A stretch of DNA of 62,808 nt, counting the filler, from Nemertoderma westbladi (taxonomy: Eukaryota; Animalia; Xenacoelomorpha), in NCBI GenBank assembly GCA_032718475.1. It is 5 parts of 5 records of this genome, joined end to end, with 100 filler letters (N's around TTAATTAATTAA, not from the genome) between each part and the next. Parts side by side here need not be neighbours in the genome. Positions count along the whole stretch, not along the records: positions 17,673 to 33,639 come from JAUCBJ010003448.1; positions 33,740 to 52,214 come from JAUCBJ010006124.1; 3 more parts are not named here. One strand, given 5' to 3'. A program made the position numbers and the translations under genes. Shown piece after piece: positions 22,650-33,960 of this stretch (position 1 is the first letter of the stretch; each line of letters begins with the position of its first letter). The notes under the pieces are model-generated. The model was not told the DNA's origin and ran no database searches. It was given only the letters and a program-made list of their open reading frames with translations.

Positions 22650-25600
22650 CAACTCTACAACGACCCTTCCAATAGGCAACACTTTCCTACCGCCCTCCTG
22701 TAGGACTTCCTATCGTTGGCCCCTACCTTTCCTCCGATCCTCACTTCCACGGATCTAATTCTTCCATCTTCATCGGGTAGGTTTCTACTACTCTAGCTAA
22801 TCTCCAGTGGTTATTGACAATCGTATCATCCATGACGATTATCAAGTCACCCTTCCTTCCTCCATTTACTCCTCTTGTGTAGTGTTGGAAGGTACTCTTG
22901 TATCCACCTTGTCCAATACTCTGCGCTTATCGCCTTAGCAACCTTCCAGCTTTGACGCGAATGTATATCGTCTGGATCCACGTTTCGCATGTCAATTGTC
23001 ACTGGTCTCTCCATCAGTAGGTGTGCTGGTGTTAGGACATCCAGTGATTCTGGATCGTCATTCTCGCGATATAGCGGTCGGCTGTTAATAATCCCCTCGC
23101 ATTTCGCCAACACTGTCCTCAGTACGTCCTCTGTGACCATATGATTATTCATCAGCTTGGTCATTAGTCGTTTGGAGCTTCCCATAAGTCTCTCTACACA
23201 CGCCTGTGTGTGTATGTGGCGCGTATGGGGTTCTCCTTTCCCACCTGATTACATGTTTCCTCATCACCGCCTTGACATCTTCACCCTCCAGAATGTCAAG
23301 GGCCTCCGCTAACTCGTTCTCTATGCCCACGAAGTTAGTCCCGTTGTCTGAGTATAATACCTCAACTGTTCCTCCTCTGTGGGTTTCAAACCTCTCTAGT
23401 GCATTAATAAATGCCGGCACCGTGGCGTCCCGGGCTAGTTCTATCCCCACCACCCTCGTATTATTGCAGACGAAGATAATGCCGTAGCGTTTCTTCGTGT
23501 GCCGCATCATCACCTTTATCTTGATCGGCCCAAACATGTCCACACCGCAGTGTGTGAACGGTGGGTCGTGATGCCTCACCCTGTTGGCCGGTAATGGTAC
23601 CATCTCCTGTATGGCCCTCTCCTTCTTCGTCCATCGGCAGGTCTGACACTGCCCCACTACCTCCTTCACCACCTTTCTGAGTTGGATTACCCAGAATGTC
23701 TTTCGGATCTCCGTCAGGGTCTGGTTAGTACTCCCATGTAATATAGACTTAGGGGAGCCCCATATGATCTGGTGGACTATTGGTGACTTGTTGGGGATTA
23801 TTATCGGTTTCGGTGGAATGATGGGGCTGTTGTTGTTTACCACCCTGGAGTTCATGACCAGGATCCCATCATTGTGCAATTGTGGTGACAGCGCGTTGAG
23901 CTCGCTGTCTTGACAAAGGTGTTGTTGTTTGCTGACGCGGTTCACCTTGTCTCCGTACCCCTTCCTTTGCTCGTATCGTATCACGGCTTTGGCCGCCCCT
24001 TCCAGATCGATGGTGGGTCTCGTTTTGGTATCCTTACCAATTACCCTGAGGAATTCTCCGTAGGCCCTCAGATATGCTACTAGATTCTTAGTCTCATACC
24101 AGCTGGAGCTGTAACTGAGCAACCTATCCGTTGGGTTATCGCACGGCTCTCTTGGTTTTGGTTGCGGTGGTGCTTCCTTAAATCTCCCTCGCCAATTGGC
24201 TGAATATTTCTTCCCCCCTCTGATTCCTCTCCCTCCTCCTCCACTGTCACCCCTTCTGTACTTGGGTCTACCTTCCTCATTAGTCGCCAGCTCGACCTAT
24301 CGTTAAGGAAGGGTGGGCCGTGCTGCAACAACTCCTGCTTTCTCGAGAAAGCATGGCGTACAACGCCCCTTGATAGCAGATCTGCTGGATTGTCATCAGT
24401 TGGGCAGTAGTGCCACTTCTCCAGATCGGTCGTCGCTCTTATCTCGTCCACCCTATTCGCCACAAATATAGGATAATGCATCTTCTCGTTATGCAGCCAT
24501 CCTAACACTACCATGGAATCTGTCCAGTAGTGCGTCTCTACTATACTTGGTGTACTGTCCACCAAGTATGCTGTCGCCCTTTCTCCTAATCTCGCAGACG
24601 TTAGCTTGAGTTTCGGCACAGATGCTGAATCTGGTGGCGTCAACCTCGCTTTACTAAACACAAGCCTGGGCTTACGAGCCCCCTTTCGCTGTACCAAATA
24701 AAGTGCCGCTTCATATGCTTCCAAGGATGCGTCGGAAAACATATGTAGTTCCAAATCGGTCATGTCTCCGTCCGGGAAGTATACACATGGCATACTATAC
24801 GTCCCCATCTCCTCGAGGCTCCCTAACCATTTGTCCCATTGTCTACTTATCTCCACTGGGAACTCCGCGTCCCAGTTGTCTTTCAATTTATACACCTTCT
24901 TTAATATTTGTTTCCCCGTGACTAACAATGGGGATGCTAGACCTAGGGGATCATAAATCCTCGCTATGTATGACACATAGCCTCGTTTAGTATGTATCCC
25001 AGCACCCTCCTGACTTAGTTGATACTCCAACTCATCTGTCTCCCGGTTCCATACGATCCCTAGCGCATTCTGCTGCGACTCCATCCTCTTGTCCGCCATA
25101 ATCTAGCCCTTCACCGTCGTAGGTTTATCCATCTTCGCCTCTGGTTGTTTATCTTTTTTGGCCTCCATAAATTCTTTAGAGTTGGACTGGAATTTTCTGA
25201 GGTTGAATCCCGATCCCTTTAGGATGTCGCGAACTTCGCGCCCTATATCGAATAACTCTTCAACCGAGTTTCCACATCCCATCCCATCGTCCACATAGAA
25301 TCCGCATCGAATCATGTCGATCGCCTTCTCACTGTATTCCCCCTCTTTGCCCTCCACCGTGTCTCTTACAGCTGTAGTCGTAGTAAACGAGGACGACTTG
25401 GCCCCCATGTTCTGCACTACCATCTTGTACATCGGTATCTCCGACAGTTCTTCATTACCATTTTACTACAGGAAGCGCTGACTATCGCTGTCCTCCTCTG
25501 TCACTCGTACCTGATTGAACATGCCCACTATATCGCACATGAAGGTGTGCTTCCCATTCCTAAATCTTAACAGGACCTCTATCCCCGAGTTGTAGATATT

Positions 25601-27511
25601 GGGGCCTTCCAGCAGGTAGTCATTCAGGCTCTTGCCATTAGTCTTAGCAGACGCGTCAACCACCATTCTTAACTTGCCCTTCTTAGGGTCCAGAGCCACA
25701 TGGAGTGGCAAATAGTAGGTCCTATCTGTATTTGGTTCGTCGACTGGTAGTTCCATGGCCCATCCTCTGTCCAGGTACTTCTTAATTATCTTGTAGATGT
25801 ATTCATTCTTTTTGGGGCTCCATTTAAGTGTTTGCTTCAACTTTCGAAGCCTCGTCAAGACCATACTCTTATTGTCTGGCAGTGGCACCTTCAGTTGCTT
25901 CCATACCATCCCTATGGTATATCGCCCCCCCTTCACATTTCATCGAGTTTCTGACACTCTCCTGCGCCTGTTTATCCTCCACTGAGGTTCCGACCCCGGT
26001 CTCCTTCAACCCCTCGAAGTCCTGCCATAGCATCCTCTTGAGTTGTTCTTCTGCTCCTTCGTCCTCCATTTCCCTTATTGTCCCAGCTAAAAGTGATTCT
26101 GGTCTTAATTGGGCCATTGAGCGTCCATCCGAATGGCGTGAGAATCAGCACCGGGTCTCGCTCCCTATCCTCGCCGAAAACGGTCTATAGTCTCTCGTGG
26201 GCTGTCGGACAATCCATGCAGACTGTGAGAGATACTTTCGGGACGTCCAGCTCGGGCACAGAGAAATCAATGTTATCCAGGTACCGGTACTGTTCGACCT
26301 CGATCTTCGTGGGTCGCCTGGCGTTAATATTTATTGATTCTATTATCTGAATGGGTTCGATGGTAGCCCCATAATCGCACCCTGGTGGTATCGCTGCTAT
26401 CTTGTAGTGTCCCGTTCTCATTCTCATGACCTCGTCCTTACTGGAAATAGTGGTTACCGCCATCTTGCTTGGCCTTGTTCATAACCCTATCTTTTCGGCC
26501 ACCCAACTTTCCGCTAGCGTGAACGCTGCTCCGCTATCAACCAGCATTAGCGTCGTGACAGATAGATCGTTCTCCCCTAATATCCTCACTGGTACCACTC
26601 CGAGTAGTACCGTACCCCCTTTCTTTGCTCCCATGGTGCTTGTCGCCATTGTCTGGCCTCCAGTCCCATCAGTCTCGTCGTATTTTACCGGCGGTTCCTG
26701 GCACTCGGCATACCTGTGTCCTCCTACCGCGCATCGGTGACATAGTCCATTCTTACCAGTGTAGGCTACCCAATCTTGTTTAAGTAACGCCTGCCAATGC
26801 TTGCAGTCTATGGTCTTATGGGTCCCGTTTCTATGCAATTGACATTTGTAATTGGGATTGTAGCGTTCCTTGTATAGCGCTTCACGTATTTCGCGTAGAT
26901 TCATATCTAGCGGTTTAGTGTTTTGGTTACTTGGACTCAGCCAGGTGGGGGTATTGGGTTTGTATTTGTTTGTGTTGTTGCTTTGCTTCTGTCCCTGCCA
27001 AGGTGTGGTTCTACTCCCAGCTCCTTGTGGACTAGAAGTCCCCTGCGTGGCCGCATGCGGTAGCGACTGTCTCGCTTTTGGAAATGCATCCACCGAACTA
27101 TGTTCTGGTTTAGGTCGGTTGCATTCCGCTTTCGGTACCTTACCGAGACTGTCCTCACTATAGACTGGATCCGTTATTAACTCCGCTTCGTAGTTAAGGA
27201 AGTTTGACATCTCCTCCAACCCTGGCTCCGCACCTTTCTTCTCTCGTGTGGAGAAAGCGATCTTTCTCCATTTGGTATTATCACCATTCGGTACCTCGTC
27301 CGCCGCTGTGATCTCGCGTCGAATCGTTCTCCCCTCCTCCTTGTACTTGGCCGCCCTCCTCCTTGACGTCCGGAGCGTCCCTCGTTGGCAAATCCGGTGT
27401 GGCGGGCCGGTACTGCCTCGTCGCTGCCTCCCAAATCGTTTGGTCTCTATCACTCGGGGTGCGCGGCGATGTTCCTCCCCTTTCCGAACCTTGGGGCGTG
27501 TGTTCGCTCAT
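22650..27511 (-). pseudogene. Frameshifted BEL/Pao gag-pol polyprotein
   Basis: Zn knuckles CQLHRNGTHKTIDC and CHRCAVGGHRYAEC; protease LVDSGA; RT YLPLH, CDIVGMFNQV, FYVDDG; RNase H HMFSDAS, YWTDS, FVANRV; integrase H..CQTC, GVDMFGP, YSDNGTNF, INSRPL, EYLPTL; many stops and frameshifts. Confidence 0.93.
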
Positions 27512-27577
27512 CTTGGCCTCGTAGTGTTGTCACAGTTTGTTGTTGGTAGATGGCAGTTTTAATTCGGCAGTTTTGAC

Positions 27578-28457
27578 TGTGACGGGAGCCAACGGAGTTG
27601 GCAGTATCACCTCCCGACCGGTGTGTGAGTTGTACGCATCGCCGCGTCCGTGAGCTGTCGATATGGATATATATTAGGCCGAATGCCGTTGAAAATGACT
27701 GAGTTCTTGTTATCAGTATTAATAATCGCAGTTATTGATAATAGCACATTCTGAATATAATAGCATGCAATACAGCGGTTAGTGATGACGACGATGATGG
27801 CAAAACTGTTCCGGTCTCACAACTGTAAGGAACCCAACTAAACTAATAATCAATAATCACAACGGTTATATCATTGACACATGTTAAATTACCCCTACAC
27901 TACAGGATGGCCTTAATATCCAATAGATGAGCTCTAATCATTAGGGTAGGTCAACTTTAACTTTTTTTGGATATCTAGATTTTCTCATTGATAAAAAGTG
28001 GCCTTGGGTCCTAAAACTTTGTAAAAACGCAATTTTAACTCCTAAAAATCATGTTTGACCCCTGCACTGGACGTCGTCCAGTTCCCGCCCTAGCCGCTAG
28101 TGAGTCATATTCCCAATTATTGTGATGATCAACTTCTAGTATTCCTACCGTAATCATCCCCAATGTGCTTTCCCGCCCACTATTGGCTTAACCTGATTAA
28201 TTCTCACCTCGCCACTCCCTGTTGCCATTATCCCTTCGTGCTTGCCTTACTAGCTTGTTTGTCCCTCTGAGGTGGTTTGACCTCTCACTTCTCTTTGTGG
28301 CTTACGGCGTGTGTCGCCCCCCCCCCCCCCCCCCCCCCCCCCAGTTGGTTATGAGGTGACATTATTATTGCTAATAATGCACCTCGCCAACTATATTGGT
28401 AACAATGCCACTAATCCCATTTTCGGTGGATAATGCACGGAATTGAATCCGCTTACT
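27578..28457 (-). repeat. 5' LTR, containing a nested insertion
   Basis: Matches the 3' LTR with substitutions, small indels and an expanded C-run. Confidence 0.9.
27942..28152. mobile_element. ~210-bp insertion in the 5' LTR
   Basis: Absent from the 3' LTR; flanked by duplicated (TA)ATCAT; ends TAGGGTAGG...CCTACCGTA are imperfectly inverted. Confidence 0.8.
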
Positions 28458-28617
28458 AAAATAATCAACGCGGGTTGAAAATAATATCAACCCGGGTTGA
28501 AAATAATCAACACGGGTTGAAAATAATATCAACCCGGGTAAAATTAATATCAACCCGGGTTGTAAATAATATCAACCCGGGTTGAAAATTATATCAACCC
28601 GGGTTGAAAATAATATC
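28458..28617. repeat. 22-bp palindromic minisatellite, right part
   Basis: About 7 further TCAACCCGGGTTGA-containing units. Confidence 0.9.
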
Positions 28618-28862
28618 TAAATGGCATAATGATAGAAGCACACAGTTTATTGCCGTTCACTGTACTTCGGGTAAGGCCTACTGAACAATACCAAAAATTA
28701 ACAAGAAGGGCTAAATAATCAATTGGGCTGTTACAAGAGAAACAATAAGGAACTATAATCAGAGAAACATAGTTAGTTACATGGCAGTAAATAATACTAA
28801 TTGAGTTAGTTAGTGGTAAAAGTTTCGAATAATATAAATTTTTGTGCAATAATTATACAAAC

Positions 28863-29120
28863 CTTCTGCCTAATATACGCCCTGGAGTAGCAAAATGCCA
28901 ACGGTATCATCCATTGCCCGATGCAAAAGTGGTAATCCTCTCCAAAGGCCTTATTCGAGATCTCTGCGTGGGTGTAGCTGGGCATAAAGAACGAGATCAC
29001 GCACACTTTCCAGTTTTTGAAACAGCCGAATAGTGGTACATTCCAAGCGTTGACATCGGATTTCACTTTCCCCACCATGCTTGGAACTCCTTCTGTTGCG
29101 TTTTCCTCTGCTTCGGCCAT
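28863..29120 (-). CDS. PLAC8/cornifelin-family protein, exon 1 (133 aa when joined)
   Basis: WNVPLFGCFKNWKVCVISFFMP and SRAYIRQK; donor AAG|GTTTGT at 28862. Confidence 0.85.
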
Positions 29121-29599
29121 TATTATGGTTGATATAAAACACGTTATATATTAAATAATTTTTGAATTTCTCCAATAAATATCAATTTACCAAAGAGTGG
29201 TAGTTATTAGGGGCTACAACAGTAGTATTAGTTCAGAAAATTCAATTTAGAAAGTTGATGCTTAGATGTGCGAATGAATAAAAATACGAAGACAAAGTGG
29301 TGAATTGTATCACAGGAAATGGATGATTCAAATTTAAATACATATATATTATTTTATAGACCTAAGTATGTTTTGTTGAAATATACAGTAGTTGTGTTGT
29401 AGCTGTAGTTGTGTTCTATTTAGATTTTGTTCGACTATTACGTTCATATTTTGCTAACACGAAAAGATAACCGGGTCCCCCTTTGTATTAGTGATTATTC
29501 CGTATATATCAGTACCGATATGAATTGAATGTATGCCGCTTAATCTGCCCGTTTATGTAAGGAGTTTGATGTGAGTGGCGTACAGAAACTTCTTCAGGA

Positions 29600-30000
29600 C
29601 ATTGGCGTTCAGAACTTCAGAATAGTCTTGGTTACAGAACTGCCATCTTCCAGTCTATAAAAGGAATGAACACGTTCGAGTTACGTAATTGAGTCACGTA
29701 TCTTTGGCTTTCATTAATGGCGGCAGATCATATCGTACTGTACGTAGTTAGTCAGGGTGCTTGGATGCTGAAAAGCGCAATTACGGATCATGACGAGAAA
29801 GAAACTCACTGAAGCCTTTGCAGATACTGGGAACAGGGGATATAGACCGGGTCTGTGGATATTCTGACAGTTCAAATTGCGAGCAGTTTACCGGAAGGAA
29901 TACGAAGAAGTGCTGTAAAAGCAATGGGAAGAACAATGGCTAGAGGAATTGCTTCAAGGGCAGATTGGTTATATAGCCAGGGATAAGTCTGGCGATACTA
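29600..30000 (+). pseudogene. Possible degraded C-terminus of an REL-endonuclease non-LTR element
   Basis: Fragments TGNRGY and RRSAVKAMG..ASRADWLY resemble Hero/NeSL-type C-termini; heavily disrupted. Confidence 0.25.
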
Positions 30001-30324
30001 GTCACTGGTCAACTTCTGAATTACCAATAACGTCGAAGTGACATCCTGTAGTGTGGATTGACTCAAGGTTTGATAGTGAGGGTTATTCTCTGCAATCACG
30101 AAACATAAGGCAAGGAAGGACATGAAGAAACATGAAACGAATGATTTTGGGACAAAGTTAAAAATAACTGCAGTTGGAATAAAATTGAAAGAAGTGGGTT
30201 AAGAGGTTGAGGCGTTAGTGGATACAGGTTGTAGCAACAGTTTGTGTCTCCCAAATGGTGTAAAATAAAAACAGGAAATATGAACAACTGGATAAACTCA
30301 TAAATGATGGATATAGGACATTTC

Positions 30325-30460
30325 TGACCCGGACATTGGGACCCGGATATTGGGACCCGGACAATTCGGACCCGGACATTGGGACCCCGACAATTCGGAC
30401 CCAGACATTGGGACCCGGACAATTCCGACCGGGACAATTCGCACCCAACAATTCAGACCC
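30325..30460. repeat. Short tandem repeat (GGACCCGGACAATTC / GGACCCGGACATTG), probably MITE subterminal repeats
   Basis: Tandem 14-15-bp units; inverted remnant GGGTCCGAATTGTCC near 30813. Confidence 0.75.
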
Positions 30461-30923
30461 ATTTTTAAGAATCATATTTTTTGTATGTGTCTTACAAATA
30501 CAAAAACTCATACCAATACTCATATTTATTATTTTATTATATTACTTATTTATATATCGGGACTCATACAAAAAATTAATTTTTTAAAATGATGACAAAA
30601 TTTTATATCATCCTTTTTGAATGTCGATTACGTTCTAGAACATAATTATTTAAAAACAATCAACATTTTCGTTATAACAAAAAAGCTATTTACAAAAAAT
30701 GAGAGAAATAATGTCATATGTAAATAGTTATTCATATTAAGTAATTTTCGGATCCCAATTATCCTAATCACCAACCGGACAATCATGGTTTTTTAAATCA
30801 TAGTTATTGTTTGGGTCCGAATTGTCCAGGTCTCAATAATGATGTAGGTCTACCGGGGAAACAAGTTATATAGGATTCCAATTTCCGAGCAAATTTGATG
30901 GAGAATTAAGGAATAACGTCTAA

Positions 30924-31919
30924 TAGGCGAGTCAATCTAGCCGAAAAGGGGGGTCAACCCATAACAAATTCGCAATTCATCCAAACCAATTTTTTTTTAT
31001 TCTACATTACCTTGTTAATACCCCCAAAAAAGTCTATAAAAATATATTATGCGGATCACCTTCAATTTCCTGTTTCTTTCCTTAGCAACATGGATTTTAC
31101 ATAGCAACAAGGGGTCTATTGGTGGGATTTTCTCCAAATTTGGTACAGACAAACTTTACTCTAATGACTATCGATTGACAGAAGTATGCACTTCTATATA
31201 GTTACCAATTTAGTTTCCAGAGCAACGGAAATTTGTCTAATAATTTAACCATTTTTAATACCAATTTTGCTGGTACAATACAGGGATCTTATTTACACAA
31301 CTTCTCTACTAAACGGGTGGATGTAACCTCGCCCATCGGATTTATCGACCTCAAAAACCCTTATCCCCAACAAATTTATTTGTTATATGGTAAACTATTG
31401 TGGTTTCTCAAACTAAAACAAATAAATAAATTACACCTAAAATCAATAGAGCAATCATAATTTAAGTATGTGAAACATCTTCACTAACATTAATGGAAAT
31501 TGTGAAATTTCCTTGCAGTGGAATTGTATAATTTTTTTACAACAGTTAGCTTAATATATCGTGAAGTTTTTGAAATATTTAAAAATTTGATGCGACTTCT
31601 AGTTTCCGAGATATAGCAATTAATGTGTAACACGCCAGTGTAAATATTACTAATTTCCCATTGAATCACAGCTTATTGTGAAATTAATTAAATTATTCTG
31701 GAACATCACCAATTTGCTACTTACTTTTCCCTACTGTTCCTTTTGTTTGGCTTGTGTTATGCAAATTTACGCAGAATTTCCATGAATAAACATATGATCC
31801 GCAAAATAAAATTTTGTAGACTTTTTTTTGGTCATTAATAAGGTAATATAGAATCCAAAATATGTGGTTCGGATTGATTGCGAAATACTTATGGGTTTTT
31901 TGCTAGATTGACTCGACTA
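30924..31919. mobile_element. Non-autonomous DNA transposon (Academ-like: TAG...CTA ends, 3-bp TSD)
   Basis: TAGGCGAGTCAATCTAGC / GCTAGATTGACTCGACTA; ~130-bp imperfect TIRs ending GCGGATCA; TAA on both sides. Confidence 0.8.
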
Positions 31920-32046
31920 TAAGAGGAACATTTAGAGATGTCAAGTAGCGATATAAGCTTGTGTTGAGAAGGAGTGGAATGTCCCAGAAAAGGAAGGATT
32001 ACATGGAAAATGTGAGATATACTACTTTGCTGTAGGCCCCCCCTGT

Positions 32047-32190
32047 AGGCCTTGAAGATGCGGATGATCTAGCAAATGTCATGGGTGATAGGGAGTTGTG
32101 GCGGTGCAATTTTTTCGATAAGCCGGCACAGCATTCTTAAAAATGCAGCTGCAATGCAGCATGCCGATCCTAGTAGTAGTAGTAGTAGTA
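32047..32190 (+). mobile_element. 5'-truncated RTE-like LINE insertion with (TAG)n tail
   Basis: Near-identical to the 3' end of the 59795-60350 element; TSD GTAGGCCCCCC at 32032-32042 and 32188-32198. Confidence 0.85.
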
Positions 32191-32225
32191 GGCCCCCCTC
32201 TATTGACTTATAATTATACTACAGT

Positions 32226-32358
32226 ATATATGCAGATTAGAGTAACTAACCTGCATATATGCAGATTAGAGTAACTAACCTGCATATATGCAGATTAGAG
32301 TAACTAACCTGCATATATGCAGATTAGAGTAACTAACCTGCACATATGCAGGTTAGAG
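32226..32358. repeat. 29-bp palindromic tandem repeat (~4.5 copies)
   Basis: GCAGATTAG at 32232, 32261, 32290, 32319 and 32348 (variant); dyad CTAACCTGCATA/TATGCAGATTAG. Confidence 0.9.
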
Positions 32359-33639
32359 TTGGAGAACCAAATCAAACTGTAGTTTATATTTGATGAAGAT
32401 AAAGTTGATGAATATGTCCTTTTAAATTGGAATCTATCCTTATTGAGAATCGAAATACAATCAAACATAATATCTTTGATGCCATTGTAAACAGTGTAAG
32501 TAGACATGCAGACATGTGAAAGATTCATCGGGGTGAAACCCAGATGACTTGGTGCTCAGAAACATTAGAGAAACTGATGAGAATACTGTCAAATTCAATA
32601 ATGTAGAGGAACTTGGTGATGTGGAATCAACTGGATCATTAGATATAAGTGTTTTTATAAGACTATGGGAGATGTTGGGAAGTTTTAAAAGGAAACATAT
32701 GATTCTAGAACATTGTGATAGATGAATCTGAGAAACAGCTACCTATAGAAACAGTGGAATTCAGCATACAGGAATTAAATATTATAAAAATCGAATTTCT
32801 GCTTGTCTGGGTTCATGTTTACTGTCGGAATTTAGGTCTTTGTGCTATTCACAGAGGCCAACACTAAGTAAGATTCATAAGTAAGTTTCATTATCAGGTA
32901 AGTCAAATGTATTCGAATGTACTCGAATGTACTCAAATGTACTCAAATGTAATCGAATGTAATCGAAGATATGTACTGTCATTATGCCTCTTCACTCTTT
33001 GAGTTCTCTTGACTTTTTCAATATTATTTATTTATTATTTTTTACAATTATTTATTATATGTAATTAACGTAAATTACATAGTAATAACGATTATTTATA
33101 TAAACAGTACCGGTACTGTATAACGATTAATACAGTAGTATAAAATATTATCAAATAGCCTCACGTGTTGGGGGCTTAAGAAATTAAATATTTTAAAGGT
33201 TATTTTATATAACGGTACTGCATGTCTGTATGTATAAAACAATAGTAACTCGGTAAAAATTTTGGCAATGTTTGAAATTATCCAGACTATTGGTGAATAT
33301 TGAAAATAATTCAGAAACTTGCCCAGCAAAATAAGTATACAATGAATTATAAAGCCCCCACAACAATAATACTTTATTGAGAAACAAACGAATGCACTTG
33401 GGCCAAATTCTCTGCATGAATGCTCTAATACAGTATACAGCATTGGACACAGCTAAAATCAGCCAGCAATGCTGCCCTCACCAACAACCCCCCCCCCCCC
33501 CCCCCCCAACCCCAAACACAGCTCAATCAGCATTCTACAGCCAGCTACGCGCAGCTTCATATGTTAGCTATGATATACCTAAGCAACTTCCGAAGTTGGA
33601 AGGCATGTATGTGTGGTTGGAACAGGGAATGAATAATAA

Positions 33640-33739
33640 NNNNNNNNNNNNNNNNNNNNNNNNNNNNNNNNNNNNNNNNNNNNTTAATTAATTAANNNNN
33701 NNNNNNNNNNNNNNNNNNNNNNNNNNNNNNNNNNNNNNN
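33640..33739. other. Artificial contig linker
   Basis: 44 N + TTAATTAATTAA + 44 N. Confidence 0.98.
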
Positions 33740-33960
33740 CTCTTTTAGATGATCCGGATTTTATTCTTTTATTATGAATGGCTTAGTAGTAGCAGTCTGT
33801 TTTAATTATTCTCAAATGTCATATCAATTATTTTACTAACAGTGCTATTTTATATACTTCTGCTATTTGATTTTATTTTGTACTTCCCTTTTAAATTAAC
33901 ACAAATAAATGCCGGCTTGTCCGGATGATGCGCCTCCATGCGCTCTGATTATTATTATTA

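Larger units (their letters stand above)
20085..28457 (-). mobile_element. BEL/Pao LTR retrotransposon with both LTRs, decayed, carrying an extra ORF
   Basis: LTRs at 20085-20752 and 27578-28457; 5-bp TSD AAAAT (20080-20084, 28458-28462); gag-PR-RT-RH-IN order with Pao-type motifs; G-rich PPT next to the 3' LTR. Confidence 0.93.
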
